A DNA stretch of 41,293 nucleotides from assembly GCA_964424295.1 (NCBI GenBank), contig CAYRHZ010000002.1, forward strand, positions 1 to 41,293. The letters are read 5' to 3'. Under the pieces are notes generated by a model. The model searched no databases. It was given only the letters and a program-made list of their open reading frames with translations, and had not been told where the DNA came from. The position numbers were made by a program, and so were the translations under genes. Source of the DNA: an uncultured Candidatus Saccharibacteria bacterium (lineage in GTDB: Bacteria > Patescibacteriota > Minisyncoccia > Phycocordibacterales > DATDWN01). This document shows, piece by piece, positions 16,539 through 23,857 of the stretch (within the stretch, counting starts at the first letter, position 1; every line of letters starts with the position of its first letter).

Positions 16539-19500
16539 ATGAAAAAAATTTTAATACTTGTTTTGTTCTATCTCGCATTACTTACTCCATTAAAAGATCT
16601 CTCTGCTCAATCAAGCGATATAATATTCTCGATGAACTGTGCATCGTCTAGCGATACCAATTGTGGTTGGCCAGGTAGCGTACCAGAAAACGCACATCAC
16701 TCCAGAACTTTCTTGCAAGGCGGTGGGCCAAATGGTCAAAATGCCATGCGCTTCAATTACCTCAATAGTGGGGGATATGATGAGTTTTATTTAGGGTGGT
16801 CTGGATTCATCGAGCAGGAAAACCTTCCGCAAGGATCCACTCGCTATTATCGTTTCCGACTTCGCTATACTCCTGAAACTATATTCAATGGCTATAACTC
16901 AAGTGGAGGAACAGGGCGTATGTTAAACAAGTATCTCATTGTGGGTGATGGTTGTGGTAGTAATTGTAGACCTATTCTCCAGGCTTATACCTACGACATG
17001 ACAGGTAATTTTAGAGTCACGTTGCAAATTGATGGTGGTGCATATCCAATAACAGTTGACAATCTCACAGCTGGAGTCTGGTATGATATTCAGCTAGAAC
17101 TTAACACTTCTAGTAGTACTTCTAACCCAAATGGTAGCTATAAGATGTGGGTTAACAACAATAACTATTCTTCACCAAGTGCACAGACTTCTGGTTTCCA
17201 ACTCAACCCAGTTCGTTGGGGTTATGTTGCTTTTGGATTCTACTCAAACCATGTAGTAACTTCTCAAGGGCAAGTAGGCATGATTCTGACAGATTTCCAA
17301 GCAGCAAGGAGTTTTAATTCAAACTGGTATGGTGGTGGCTCAACCACACCTCCTCCTCCAACCGTTACTGTTCCTACAGCACCAGCATCTCTTTCAGCGT
17401 CACCAGCAGGAACATCACAAGTAAACCTATCCTGGACAGACTCATCAAACAACGAAACAGGATTCAGAATAGAAAGAAAGACAGGTTCAGCTGGAACATA
17501 CGCAGAAATAGCTACAGTAGGTGCAAATACAACAACATATCAAAACACAGGTCTTACTGCTTCTACACAGTATTACTACAGAGTAAGAGCATACAACTCT
17601 GCGGGTAACTCGTCTTACTCAGTAGAATCTATAGCAGTGACTTCTAACCCAACAACAGTATCTCCTTCAACACGATTTACAGTAGGGCAACGTGTTCAAA
17701 CTACAGCTAATGTAAATGTTAGGAGTACAGCATCAGCCACAGGAGCTCTCTTGGGGACACAAGCACTTGGAGCACTGGGTACAATAGTAAGTGGGGGCAC
17801 TTCAGTAGACGGGTACTACTGGTGGAATGTTAACTTCGATTCAGGCGTAGATGGTTGGAGTGTAGAAACATTTCTAAATCCATATACTGCACCTGCAACA
17901 CCAACCCCAACAACTAGTGGTGTATTCTTTAACGAAGGATGGGAGTCTGGAAGTAAAGCCAACTCTTTCAATAGTAGTGGTTATGGAAATTTATTAAACA
18001 GTACCCAATATAGTGTTCAAACATCTACTCGATCTACTGGAAGTTATGGTTTAAGACATGGTCTTACAACGGGTATGACTGGAGGGGATGCTCAATATGC
18101 GACACAACACTTTGGGGATTCAGTTACAGGACCAGTTGTTTCAGGTACAGCTGGTAACACATATAGTGACGTATATGCTCAATGGAAGGTATTCTACTCA
18201 CCAGGGTTTAATTTTGCCGTAAATCCAAAGCAGGTGATTTTTGGTACACAAGATTCCAGAAGACACGACAATTCTTGTTGTAATCCTTGGGTATCACACT
18301 ATATGCTAATAAATAGTTATGGTGGTTATTTTCAAGCAGAAGGAAATAATAAACAAGGGGCAAGTGGACAATGGTTAAACATAGGACTAAACCAAAGTGG
18401 ATATTCAGGATCAAATAGATACGCTATACAATCTGGAAGATGGTATACGATAGAAGTTAGAAGAAGATTAAATGATGCAAACCAAGATAATGGTGTATTT
18501 GAAATGTGGATTGATGGAACACTTGTTGCTCGACATTCGAATGTAAGATGGAGAGTTCCATGGACAGGAACATTTGGAGATGATTTCACACGTGGCACAA
18601 ACTTCTTTATGATATCGGATTATCTAACCGATGGAATACCAGTGCCAGCAAATCAAGAAATATACTATGATGATGTAAAACTTAGTACAAGTTATATAGG
18701 CACTAGTGGCACAACAACCCCTACACCCCCACCGCCAGTAACACCAACAGCAGACATTAGGGCAAACAACTCAACTTCACCAATATCAATAGTTAGTGGT
18801 AGTTCAGCCACAATATCTTGGGCATCTACAAATACAACTACATGTTCTGTATCACCAAGTAGTTGGACAGGAACAAGTGGTTCCCAATCAACAGGAGCAC
18901 TTACAGCTAGTAGAACATATACAATCTCTTGTACTGGTTCAGGCGGGACAGTTACAGACTCTATTTCGGTTAATGTTACACCTCCACCCGACACAACACC
19001 TCCAGCAGTCTCTGTATCATCACCGGTTTCAGGTTCTACAGTAAGTGGAACAGTAACAGTCTCAGCTAATGCATCAGACAACATAGGTGTAGCAGGAGTT
19101 CAATTTAGATTAAATGGAGTGAACCTAGGAATTGAAGACACAACATCTCCATATTCTGTATCATGGAACACCACAACAGCAACAAACGGAATACACACAC
19201 TTACAGCTGTTGCTAGAGATGCAGCTGGTAACACAACCACATCATCCGCTGTGTCTGTTACAGTAAATAATGTAACTGTAACACCTGCTCCAACAGTTAC
19301 AATCTCAGCATCTCCTACATCTGTAACTGTAGGAAGTTCATCAACACTTTCATGGTCTTCAACAAACGCAACATCTTGTACAGCAAGTGGAGCGTGGTCA
19401 GGAAGTAGAGGAACATCCGGAACCATGTCTGTTTCTCCAACTACCTCATCAACATATACTCTTTCATGTACAGGAGCGGGAGGAACAGTAACACAGTCAA

Positions 19501-20246
19501 CTACTGTTTTTGTGGAAACAAATACACAAGTAACTACAAATCCAGGAACAGTTACAACTCTATCTGTGTCACAAACAAACACAACATCGGTCACACTTTC
19601 ATTTGTTGAAGTAAATGATGGAACTGGGCTTCCATCACAATATGATGTGAGATTTGCTTCTCCAACCCTATCTTGGGGATCAGCGGGAAGTGTGACATCA
19701 GGAACATGTTCTACGCCACTACAAGGAACAACAATAGGAGGCACAAAGACTTGTACAGTAGACAACCTTAATCCGGGTACACAGTATGGATTCCAACTAG
19801 TTTCATTTAGAGGAACACTTAATCAGAATGCTGTGTTTGGTGGTCTTTCCAACAAAGTTACAACTACTACTCTTACAACCACTGCTCCTCCACCTCCACC
19901 ACCAACAGAAACCCTACCGTCTTTGGATATAATGGAGCCAAAAGTAGGAGACAGAGTCCAAACAACAACTAGAGTTAGTGTAAGAGAAACTCCAGGTGGT
20001 GACAGAATAGGTTCTCAACCTAGAAATTCTAAAGGTACGGTAATAGAGGGACCAATAGAGGGGGGTAGTCATCTTTGGTACAAAGTAGACTATGACTCTG
20101 GTGTAGATGGCTGGTCATCAGCAACCTATCTAACCAAAGTTAGTGTAACAGCTATGACAGAAGATGAGATAAGAAACAGTATTGCGAACATATTCTTGTT
20201 GATTAATCAACTACAAGAACAACTAAATAAAATGAAGATTAATTAG
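16539..20246 (+). CDS. 1235-aa secreted multidomain surface protein
   Basis: Signal peptide MKKILILVLFYLALLTPLKDLSAQ. Two jelly-roll/LamG-like regions (KMWVNNN..., FEMWIDGTLV), two FN3-like units (YYYRVRAYNSAGNS; GTQYGFQLVSF) and two SH3b-like units (DGYYWWNVNFDSGVDGW; HLWYKVDYDSGVDGW). Also Ig-like repeats and P/T linkers. Domain names are by-eye inference. Confidence 0.9.
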   Translation: MKKILILVLFYLALLTPLKDLSAQSSDIIFSMNCASSSDTNCGWPGSVPENAHHSRTFLQGGGPNGQNAMRFNYLNSGGYDEFYLGWSGFIEQENLPQGSTRYYRFRLRYTPETIFNGYNSSGGTGRMLNKYLIVGDGCGSNCRPILQAYTYDMTGNFRVTLQIDGGAYPITVDNLTAGVWYDIQLELNTSSSTSNPNGSYKMWVNNNNYSSPSAQTSGFQLNPVRWGYVAFGFYSNHVVTSQGQVGMILTDFQAARSFNSNWYGGGSTTPPPPTVTVPTAPASLSASPAGTSQVNLSWTDSSNNETGFRIERKTGSAGTYAEIATVGANTTTYQNTGLTASTQYYYRVRAYNSAGNSSYSVESIAVTSNPTTVSPSTRFTVGQRVQTTANVNVRSTASATGALLGTQALGALGTIVSGGTSVDGYYWWNVNFDSGVDGWSVETFLNPYTAPATPTPTTSGVFFNEGWESGSKANSFNSSGYGNLLNSTQYSVQTSTRSTGSYGLRHGLTTGMTGGDAQYATQHFGDSVTGPVVSGTAGNTYSDVYAQWKVFYSPGFNFAVNPKQVIFGTQDSRRHDNSCCNPWVSHYMLINSYGGYFQAEGNNKQGASGQWLNIGLNQSGYSGSNRYAIQSGRWYTIEVRRRLNDANQDNGVFEMWIDGTLVARHSNVRWRVPWTGTFGDDFTRGTNFFMISDYLTDGIPVPANQEIYYDDVKLSTSYIGTSGTTTPTPPPPVTPTADIRANNSTSPISIVSGSSATISWASTNTTTCSVSPSSWTGTSGSQSTGALTASRTYTISCTGSGGTVTDSISVNVTPPPDTTPPAVSVSSPVSGSTVSGTVTVSANASDNIGVAGVQFRLNGVNLGIEDTTSPYSVSWNTTTATNGIHTLTAVARDAAGNTTTSSAVSVTVNNVTVTPAPTVTISASPTSVTVGSSSTLSWSSTNATSCTASGAWSGSRGTSGTMSVSPTTSSTYTLSCTGAGGTVTQSTTVFVETNTQVTTNPGTVTTLSVSQTNTTSVTLSFVEVNDGTGLPSQYDVRFASPTLSWGSAGSVTSGTCSTPLQGTTIGGTKTCTVDNLNPGTQYGFQLVSFRGTLNQNAVFGGLSNKVTTTTLTTTAPPPPPPTETLPSLDIMEPKVGDRVQTTTRVSVRETPGGDRIGSQPRNSKGTVIEGPIEGGSHLWYKVDYDSGVDGWSSATYLTKVSVTAMTEDEIRNSIANIFLLINQLQEQLNKMKIN

Positions 20247-20256
20247 AAATACAATA

Positions 20257-20288
20257 TAAAAAAACTCGAGTTAACTCGGGTTTTTTTA
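20257..20288. terminator. bidirectional terminator / extended palindrome
   Basis: aactcgag-ttaa-ctcgggtt stem flanked by an A7 run and a T7 run. The outer arms acaatat...atattgt also pair. Confidence 0.7.
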
Positions 20289-20344
20289 TATTGTATTTTT
20301 TCTAAAACATTGCTCGGTTCACTATGTGTATATATAATACATTT

Positions 20345-20653
20345 ATGTTTAAAAAAATAACGTCATTTATTATTAGTTCCACATTATTATTTAGTTTTTT
20401 ACCAAATATTTCTTTTGCGCAAACATCACCAACCGCTCAGCCACTGGTAACTCAGGGTGATATGGTTTATTTAGGTAAATTTTCCGTTCCATCCAATGAT
20501 GGTACTGGTAGAGGAAATTCTGTTGATAGTCTGGATTATGGAGGTTTTGGTTTAGGAATGGGAGCAGATGGTTGGGTAGCAGAGAAATACATAACCAAAG
20601 CTACTGTAGCAATGACTGATGAAGATTACAGACAAAACAAAACATATATCTAA
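20345..20653 (+). CDS. small secreted protein, collapsed paralog of the C-terminus of the 1235-aa protein
   Basis: Signal peptide MFKKITSFIISSTLLFSFLPNISFAQ. The tail GADGWVAEKYITKATVAMTDEDYRQN parallels GVDGWSSATYLTKVSVTAMTEDEIRNS at 20100-20180. ATG 20345 lies 6 nt after TATAAT (20333-20338). Confidence 0.65.
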   Translation: MFKKITSFIISSTLLFSFLPNISFAQTSPTAQPLVTQGDMVYLGKFSVPSNDGTGRGNSVDSLDYGGFGLGMGADGWVAEKYITKATVAMTDEDYRQNKTYI

Positions 20654-20704
20654 TCATCAAATACTTACAAGAGAGAATCGCTGGTCAGAATTAAAAAAAA
20701 CATC

Positions 20705-20728
20705 AAAACCACCCTTTTGGGTGGTTTT
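20705..20728. terminator. bidirectional terminator hairpin
   Basis: aaaa-ccaccc-tttt-gggtgg-tttt, between the + strand ORF and the - strand tRNA-Ser. Confidence 0.7.
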
Positions 20729-20737
20729 GATTTACTG

Positions 20738-20826
20738 CGGAGACGGACGGATTCGAACCGTCGGTACCGTTTAAAGGGTACACCTCTTTAGCAAAGAGGC
20801 ACGTTAGACCACTCTGACACGTCTCC
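20738..20826 (-). tRNA. tRNA-Ser (anticodon GCU), class II
   Basis: Reverse complement is ggagacg...cgtctcc-g. Features: 7-bp acceptor, anticodon loop ttGCTaa (20790-20792), long variable arm gtacc/ggtac, T arm gacgg-ttcgaat-ccgtc, G73. I could not pair the D stem cleanly by hand. Confidence 0.8.
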
Positions 20827-20840
20827 AGTTGATATTTAGG

Positions 20841-20868
20841 TTAGCATATTTTATGTATTAGGTATAAT
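20841..20868 (+). promoter_or_regulatory. promoter-like boxes TTAGCA, 16-nt spacer, TATAAT
   Basis: TTAGCA at 20841-20846 and TATAAT at 20863-20868. Confidence 0.4.
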
Positions 20869-20887
20869 ATTCCTCTCGGAGACCTTC

Positions 20888-21336
20888 ATGCCAGACAAGA
20901 ATGGCTAACCACAAAAGAGTTCGCCGACCTTATTTCCGTCGGAGAGTGCACTGTCTATAGGTGGATTTACGACGACATCATCCCGTACTTCAACAGCCGC
21001 ATACCAAGGAGGTACGCAAACAAGATCGAGAGATTGTGGGCGAAAACCTGCACACCTTCCGAGTTCGCTAGACATCTCGGCGTCAGCCCATCGAAAGTAG
21101 ACATTCTGATGAGTAAGGGGAAACTTCGGGGCATCAGGGTGCTGAGAAAGGTCAGGCTGTATCTAAAGGACCTGAAAAAGGTCAGAGAGGATAAAGACCT
21201 GGTCCAGAAAGGAGATGTTGTTTACAAAAACAAGAGGGGCTTTGCGCGGTACTCGAAGAAGAGAAAGACCGCGATTGCTCTTTTGGGTAACCATTCCCCA
21301 AACAGAAAGAAAAGAGGTAAAAAGGCAGATTTGTGA
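20888..21336 (+). pseudogene. frameshifted tandem excisionase/MerR-type HTH protein gene (GC-rich)
   Basis: GGAGA (20878-20882) plus ATG 20888 opens only MPDKNG*, with the stop at 20906-20908. The long frame from 20902 encodes two HTH units (WLTTKEFADLISVGECTVYRWIYDDIIP... and CTPSEFARHLGVSPSKVDILMSKGKLRGIRV...) plus a basic tail. That frame has no ATG/GTG/TTG before TTG 21034. Confidence 0.6.
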
Positions 21337-21339
21337 TTA

Positions 21340-21366
21340 GGGCGCCCGTGATTTTTCCGGGCGCCC
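21340..21366 (+). terminator. GC-rich hairpin after the HTH gene
   Basis: gggcgcccg-(9 nt)-cgggcgccc is a 9-bp stem. The downstream T-tract is weak. Confidence 0.45.
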
Positions 21367-21372
21367 GTTCTA

Positions 21373-21401
21373 TTACAATTTCATTAAAAATTTTGTATAC
21401 T
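21373..21401 (+). promoter_or_regulatory. promoter-like boxes TTACAA, 17-nt spacer, TATACT, 9 nt upstream of the partial tRNA 5' copy
   Basis: TTACAA at 21373-21378 and TATACT at 21396-21401. The repeat ggataggtgggtgag begins at 21411. Confidence 0.45.
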
Positions 21402-21410
21402 TGGAAAATT

Positions 21411-21425
21411 GGATAGGTGGGTGAG
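21411..21425 (+). repeat. 15-nt exact copy of the 5' end of the tRNA at 21529
   Basis: ggataggtgggtgag occurs at 21411-21425 and at 21529-21543, separated by 103 nt of mostly GC-rich sequence. Confidence 0.9.
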
Positions 21426-21528
21426 ATGGGTGAAGGGCAGAACTGCTTCTGTCCAAACCGGCCGAAGAGCCGACCACGAACACGCCGGATCGCTTTAGCG
21501 AATCCAATTTGAACGAAGTGAATATATT

Positions 21529-21615
21529 GGATAGGTGGGTGAGTGGTTTAAACCAGCAGTTTACTAAACTGCCGTCTGGGAAACTGGACCGCGAGTTCAA
21601 ATCTCGCCCTATCCG
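21529..21615 (+). tRNA. class II tRNA, Ser-type by architecture, with unusual anticodon ACU
   Basis: Acceptor ggatagg/cctatcc with G73, D arm ggt-gagtggtttaa-acc. Anticodon arm gcagt-ttACTaa-actgc (21563-21565). Variable arm gtctgg-gaaa-ctggac, T arm gcgag-ttcaaat-ctcgc. Confidence 0.7.
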
Positions 21616-21714
21616 CAGGATTCAACAAAATATATTTTGTTGGAGATTTGAAAGACGGAGCGCGACGGTGCGAGTCCGGGTAGGGAAAGTTTTTAACAAA
21701 AAACTATTCCTGAC

Positions 21715-21734
21715 CAAATCTCGCCCTATCCGCA
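21715..21734 (+). repeat. 20-nt exact copy of the 3' end of the tRNA at 21529
   Basis: caaatctcgccctatccgca occurs at 21598-21617 and at 21715-21734, 97 nt apart. Confidence 0.9.
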
Positions 21735-21735
21735 T

Positions 21736-22404
21736 TTAGTGCGCAATAGTGAATCCGTAAACGTTTACAGCTCCCATATCGAGTAATGTTTTCCGCGCTT
21801 CATTTAGTGTGCTTCCAGTTGTAACGACATCATCAATTAGAAAAACATATTTACCAGATATTCTTTCATCTGCTTTAAAACACCCAACGAGATTTTCTGT
21901 TCTTTCTGTTTTTGACTGGCTTAAACTTTGTTTAGGGGTTTCTTTTATTTTTTCAAACCACTGTGGCGCATACAGAAGAGTTCTTTGCAAATCATTCTCT
22001 ACTATAGCTCGGGAGATTAGTTCGCTTTGGTTGTATCCACGTTCAGTTCTGCTTTTTGCGGTCAAAGGAATTGGAATGAGAACAAACTCTGCTTTTGCAT
22101 CAAAGAGCAGTACATCTGAAATAACTATCAACATTTCATCGAAAAACATTTTTCCTATAGTTCCAAGAGGTAGTATATTTTCTCTGTATTTTAGTTCCCA
22201 TATTATTGCCTTCACTCGCTTGTTTTTGTATGAAAATAGGGGATTGATCCAATCGTTGTCTTGAACCCTCTCAGCTTTAGGTAGGGCATGTATACTTTTC
22301 TCGTCCAGCCTCCGGACTATCTCATAGTCAGACCTTACGGGCAATATGAAATCTATGATAGTTTTAAAAAATTCCAGCACTATTTCTATTGTATTTTTTA
22401 ACAT
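21736..22404 (-). CDS. comFC: ComF-family phosphoribosyltransferase-domain protein
   Basis: C-terminal PRT motif YVFLIDDVVTTGSTLNEARKTLLDMGA. The N-terminus has no Cys zinc-finger. Confidence 0.85.
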   Translation of the reverse strand: MLKNTIEIVLEFFKTIIDFILPVRSDYEIVRRLDEKSIHALPKAERVQDNDWINPLFSYKNKRVKAIIWELKYRENILPLGTIGKMFFDEMLIVISDVLLFDAKAEFVLIPIPLTAKSRTERGYNQSELISRAIVENDLQRTLLYAPQWFEKIKETPKQSLSQSKTERTENLVGCFKADERISGKYVFLIDDVVTTGSTLNEARKTLLDMGAVNVYGFTIAH

Positions 22405-22458
22405 ATATCACTATTTATTATACACTTTTGGTTATGATATAATATTCTCATATATTTT

Positions 22459-23580
22459 ATGTCAAACTTCCTATCTAGTATCACAAATTTGTTTAACAAA
22501 AAAAGCGTAAGTGTTCTAGGTATAGACATAGGTTCTTCCTCTATTAAAATAGTTCAAATAAGTAAAAAAAATGGCCGAGCGGTTTTGGAAACTTATGGAG
22601 AACTTGCTTTAGGGCCATACACAGGAAAGGGGGTTGGCGAGTCTGTGGCTTTGCCGCAAGAGAAAATCATAGAAGCAATAGGGGACATGTTAAAAGAGAA
22701 GGAGGTAAATATAACAACGCTTACCTGTGGAGTAGCCATTCCTTTTTCTTCTAGTTTGATGGCAGTTATCGATATGCCCGTTGTGCCAAGAAAAGAACTT
22801 GAACAAATGATTCCACTAGAGGCTCGAAAGTATGTTCCAGTCCCAATTTCAGAAGTTACCCTTGATTGGTACATTATTCCAGAGGATAAAAATACTAAGC
22901 CATTAGCAACAGATGAGCCAGAGAAAATAAAACCACAACTTGAAGTTCTAATAGTTGCTTTACATAACGACACAATTAGTAAGTATAAAAATATTGTTTC
23001 TAAAACAGGATTAGATGTTGGATTTTTCGAAATAGAAATATTTAGCACAATGCGCTCTGTTTTGGATCAGGAGACAACTCCAGTTTTGGTTATTGACATG
23101 GGTGCATCCAGTACAAAGCTATATATGGTAGAGAGGGGAATACTTAGAGCATCGCACATGGTAGAGAGGGGATCTTATGACATAACAAACGAATTATCAA
23201 AGTCTTTAGGGATATCACTTACAGATGCTGAGTATCTAAAAAGAGAAAAAGGACTTCTGGGAGAGACAAACGGTATTCAACTAAAAGATGTTGCTTCATT
23301 TACGCTAAACTATATTTTTACAGAAGCAGAAAGATTCATGGTTACGTATCAAAAAAAATATAATAAAGACGTGACAAAAGTGTCACTTGTAGGAGGGGGC
23401 AGTGCTCTTAAGGGAGTTGCTCCTTTTGCAAAAGACATACTCAAAGCAGAAGTTGTTGCCGGGGATCCTTTTTCAAAGCTATTGGCTCCAGCTTTTTTGG
23501 AGAAAGTTTTGAAAGAGACAGGTCCTGAATTTGCTGTTGCAGTGGGTGTGGCGTTACGAAGGTTACAAGACTTGGGGTAA
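22459..23580 (+). CDS. pilM: type IV pilus assembly protein PilM (actin-like ATPase fold)
   Basis: VLGIDIGSSSIKIVQISKKNG N-terminal actin-fold phosphate-1 motif, and LVGGGSALKG later. Heads the pilus cluster. Confidence 0.88.
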   Translation: MSNFLSSITNLFNKKSVSVLGIDIGSSSIKIVQISKKNGRAVLETYGELALGPYTGKGVGESVALPQEKIIEAIGDMLKEKEVNITTLTCGVAIPFSSSLMAVIDMPVVPRKELEQMIPLEARKYVPVPISEVTLDWYIIPEDKNTKPLATDEPEKIKPQLEVLIVALHNDTISKYKNIVSKTGLDVGFFEIEIFSTMRSVLDQETTPVLVIDMGASSTKLYMVERGILRASHMVERGSYDITNELSKSLGISLTDAEYLKREKGLLGETNGIQLKDVASFTLNYIFTEAERFMVTYQKKYNKDVTKVSLVGGGSALKGVAPFAKDILKAEVVAGDPFSKLLAPAFLEKVLKETGPEFAVAVGVALRRLQDLG

Positions 23581-23647
23581 AACTTCCAAATTTGGCCAAT
23601 TTCATCGTCGGCAACATCAAGTTGCCGTTCTGAAACCCACGGGTTCA

Positions 23648-23686
23648 GAAAACTCCGCGCTACTTATGGAGTGGCGCGGAGTTTTC
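23648..23686. terminator. strong GC hairpin with flanking A/T runs (third of three consecutive hairpins after pilM)
   Basis: gaaaactccgcgc-(13 nt)-gcgcggagttttc is a 13-bp perfect stem. It is preceded by hairpins 23609-23627 (cggcaac/gttgccg) and 23630-23648 (ctgaa-a-ccc/gggttcag). Confidence 0.55.
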
Positions 23687-23774
23687 CAATTATATTCCTT
23701 CTATTTAGCGAAATCATAAGTTTTTAGGACATTGCGCAGGAAATTAGAAAACAACAACGAACGAAAAGAAGACT

Positions 23775-23857
23775 GAAGCACTGTTTGAGCGCTTGTATTC
23801 AAGGCGAGTTTGCGAAAGTGCTATGCTTCAAGGATATTGTTTTCTTGATTACTGAGC
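23775..23857. repeat. conserved non-coding bipartite motif, copy A
   Basis: 23775-23815 matches 30239-30279 at 38 of 41 positions (hand alignment). 23830-23857 (aaggatattgttttcttgattactgagc) matches 30373-30400. Confidence 0.8.

Noticed and set aside
18740-19510. Repeated DNA blocks that might be taken for a tandem-repeat or CRISPR-like array.
   Set aside because: They are in-frame duplications of an Ig-like domain within the large CDS. The units are about 225 nt, diverged, and have no spacer-repeat periodicity. No CRISPR array is present anywhere in the window.
17264-19765. Several antisense or alternative-frame ORFs (17264..17452, 18332..18598, 18692..19084, 18796..19044, 19100..19765) within the 1235-aa gene.
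   Set aside because: They lie inside a well-supported long CDS rich in Thr/Ser/Gly/Val codons, which leaves other frames open by composition.
20100-20640. Diversity-generating retroelement (template/variable repeat) as the explanation for the similarity between the 3' end of the giant gene and the mini-gene.
   Set aside because: Mismatches between the two copies are not confined to adenines, the similarity is short, and no reverse transcriptase is present.
20888-20910. Programmed -1 ribosomal frameshifting to join the short ATG frame to the HTH frame.
   Set aside because: There is no X XXY YYZ slippery heptamer and no downstream pseudoknot at the overlap. A single-base deletion or a sequencing indel is the simpler explanation.
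2788-21370. Calling the GC-rich cassettes an insertion sequence, prophage or integrative element.
   Set aside because: There is no transposase, integrase or recombinase, no terminal inverted repeats and no phage structural genes. Only short T-rich direct repeats are present, and these may just be terminator tails. They are therefore described as foreign cassettes of unknown mobility.
21509-21739. Tracked 76-aa ORF spanning the tRNA and its flanks.
   Set aside because: It reads straight through a well-folding tRNA and the repeated tRNA ends, so it is an artefact.
21400-21740. tmRNA, split tRNA or permuted tRNA as the explanation for the duplicated tRNA ends.
   Set aside because: There is no GGGG-type tmRNA 5' end, no tag-like reading frame and no alanine-type acceptor. 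The outer fragments (15 nt and 20 nt) cannot assemble into a tRNA, and I found no complementarity between the two fillers. It is left as an open anomaly rather than named.
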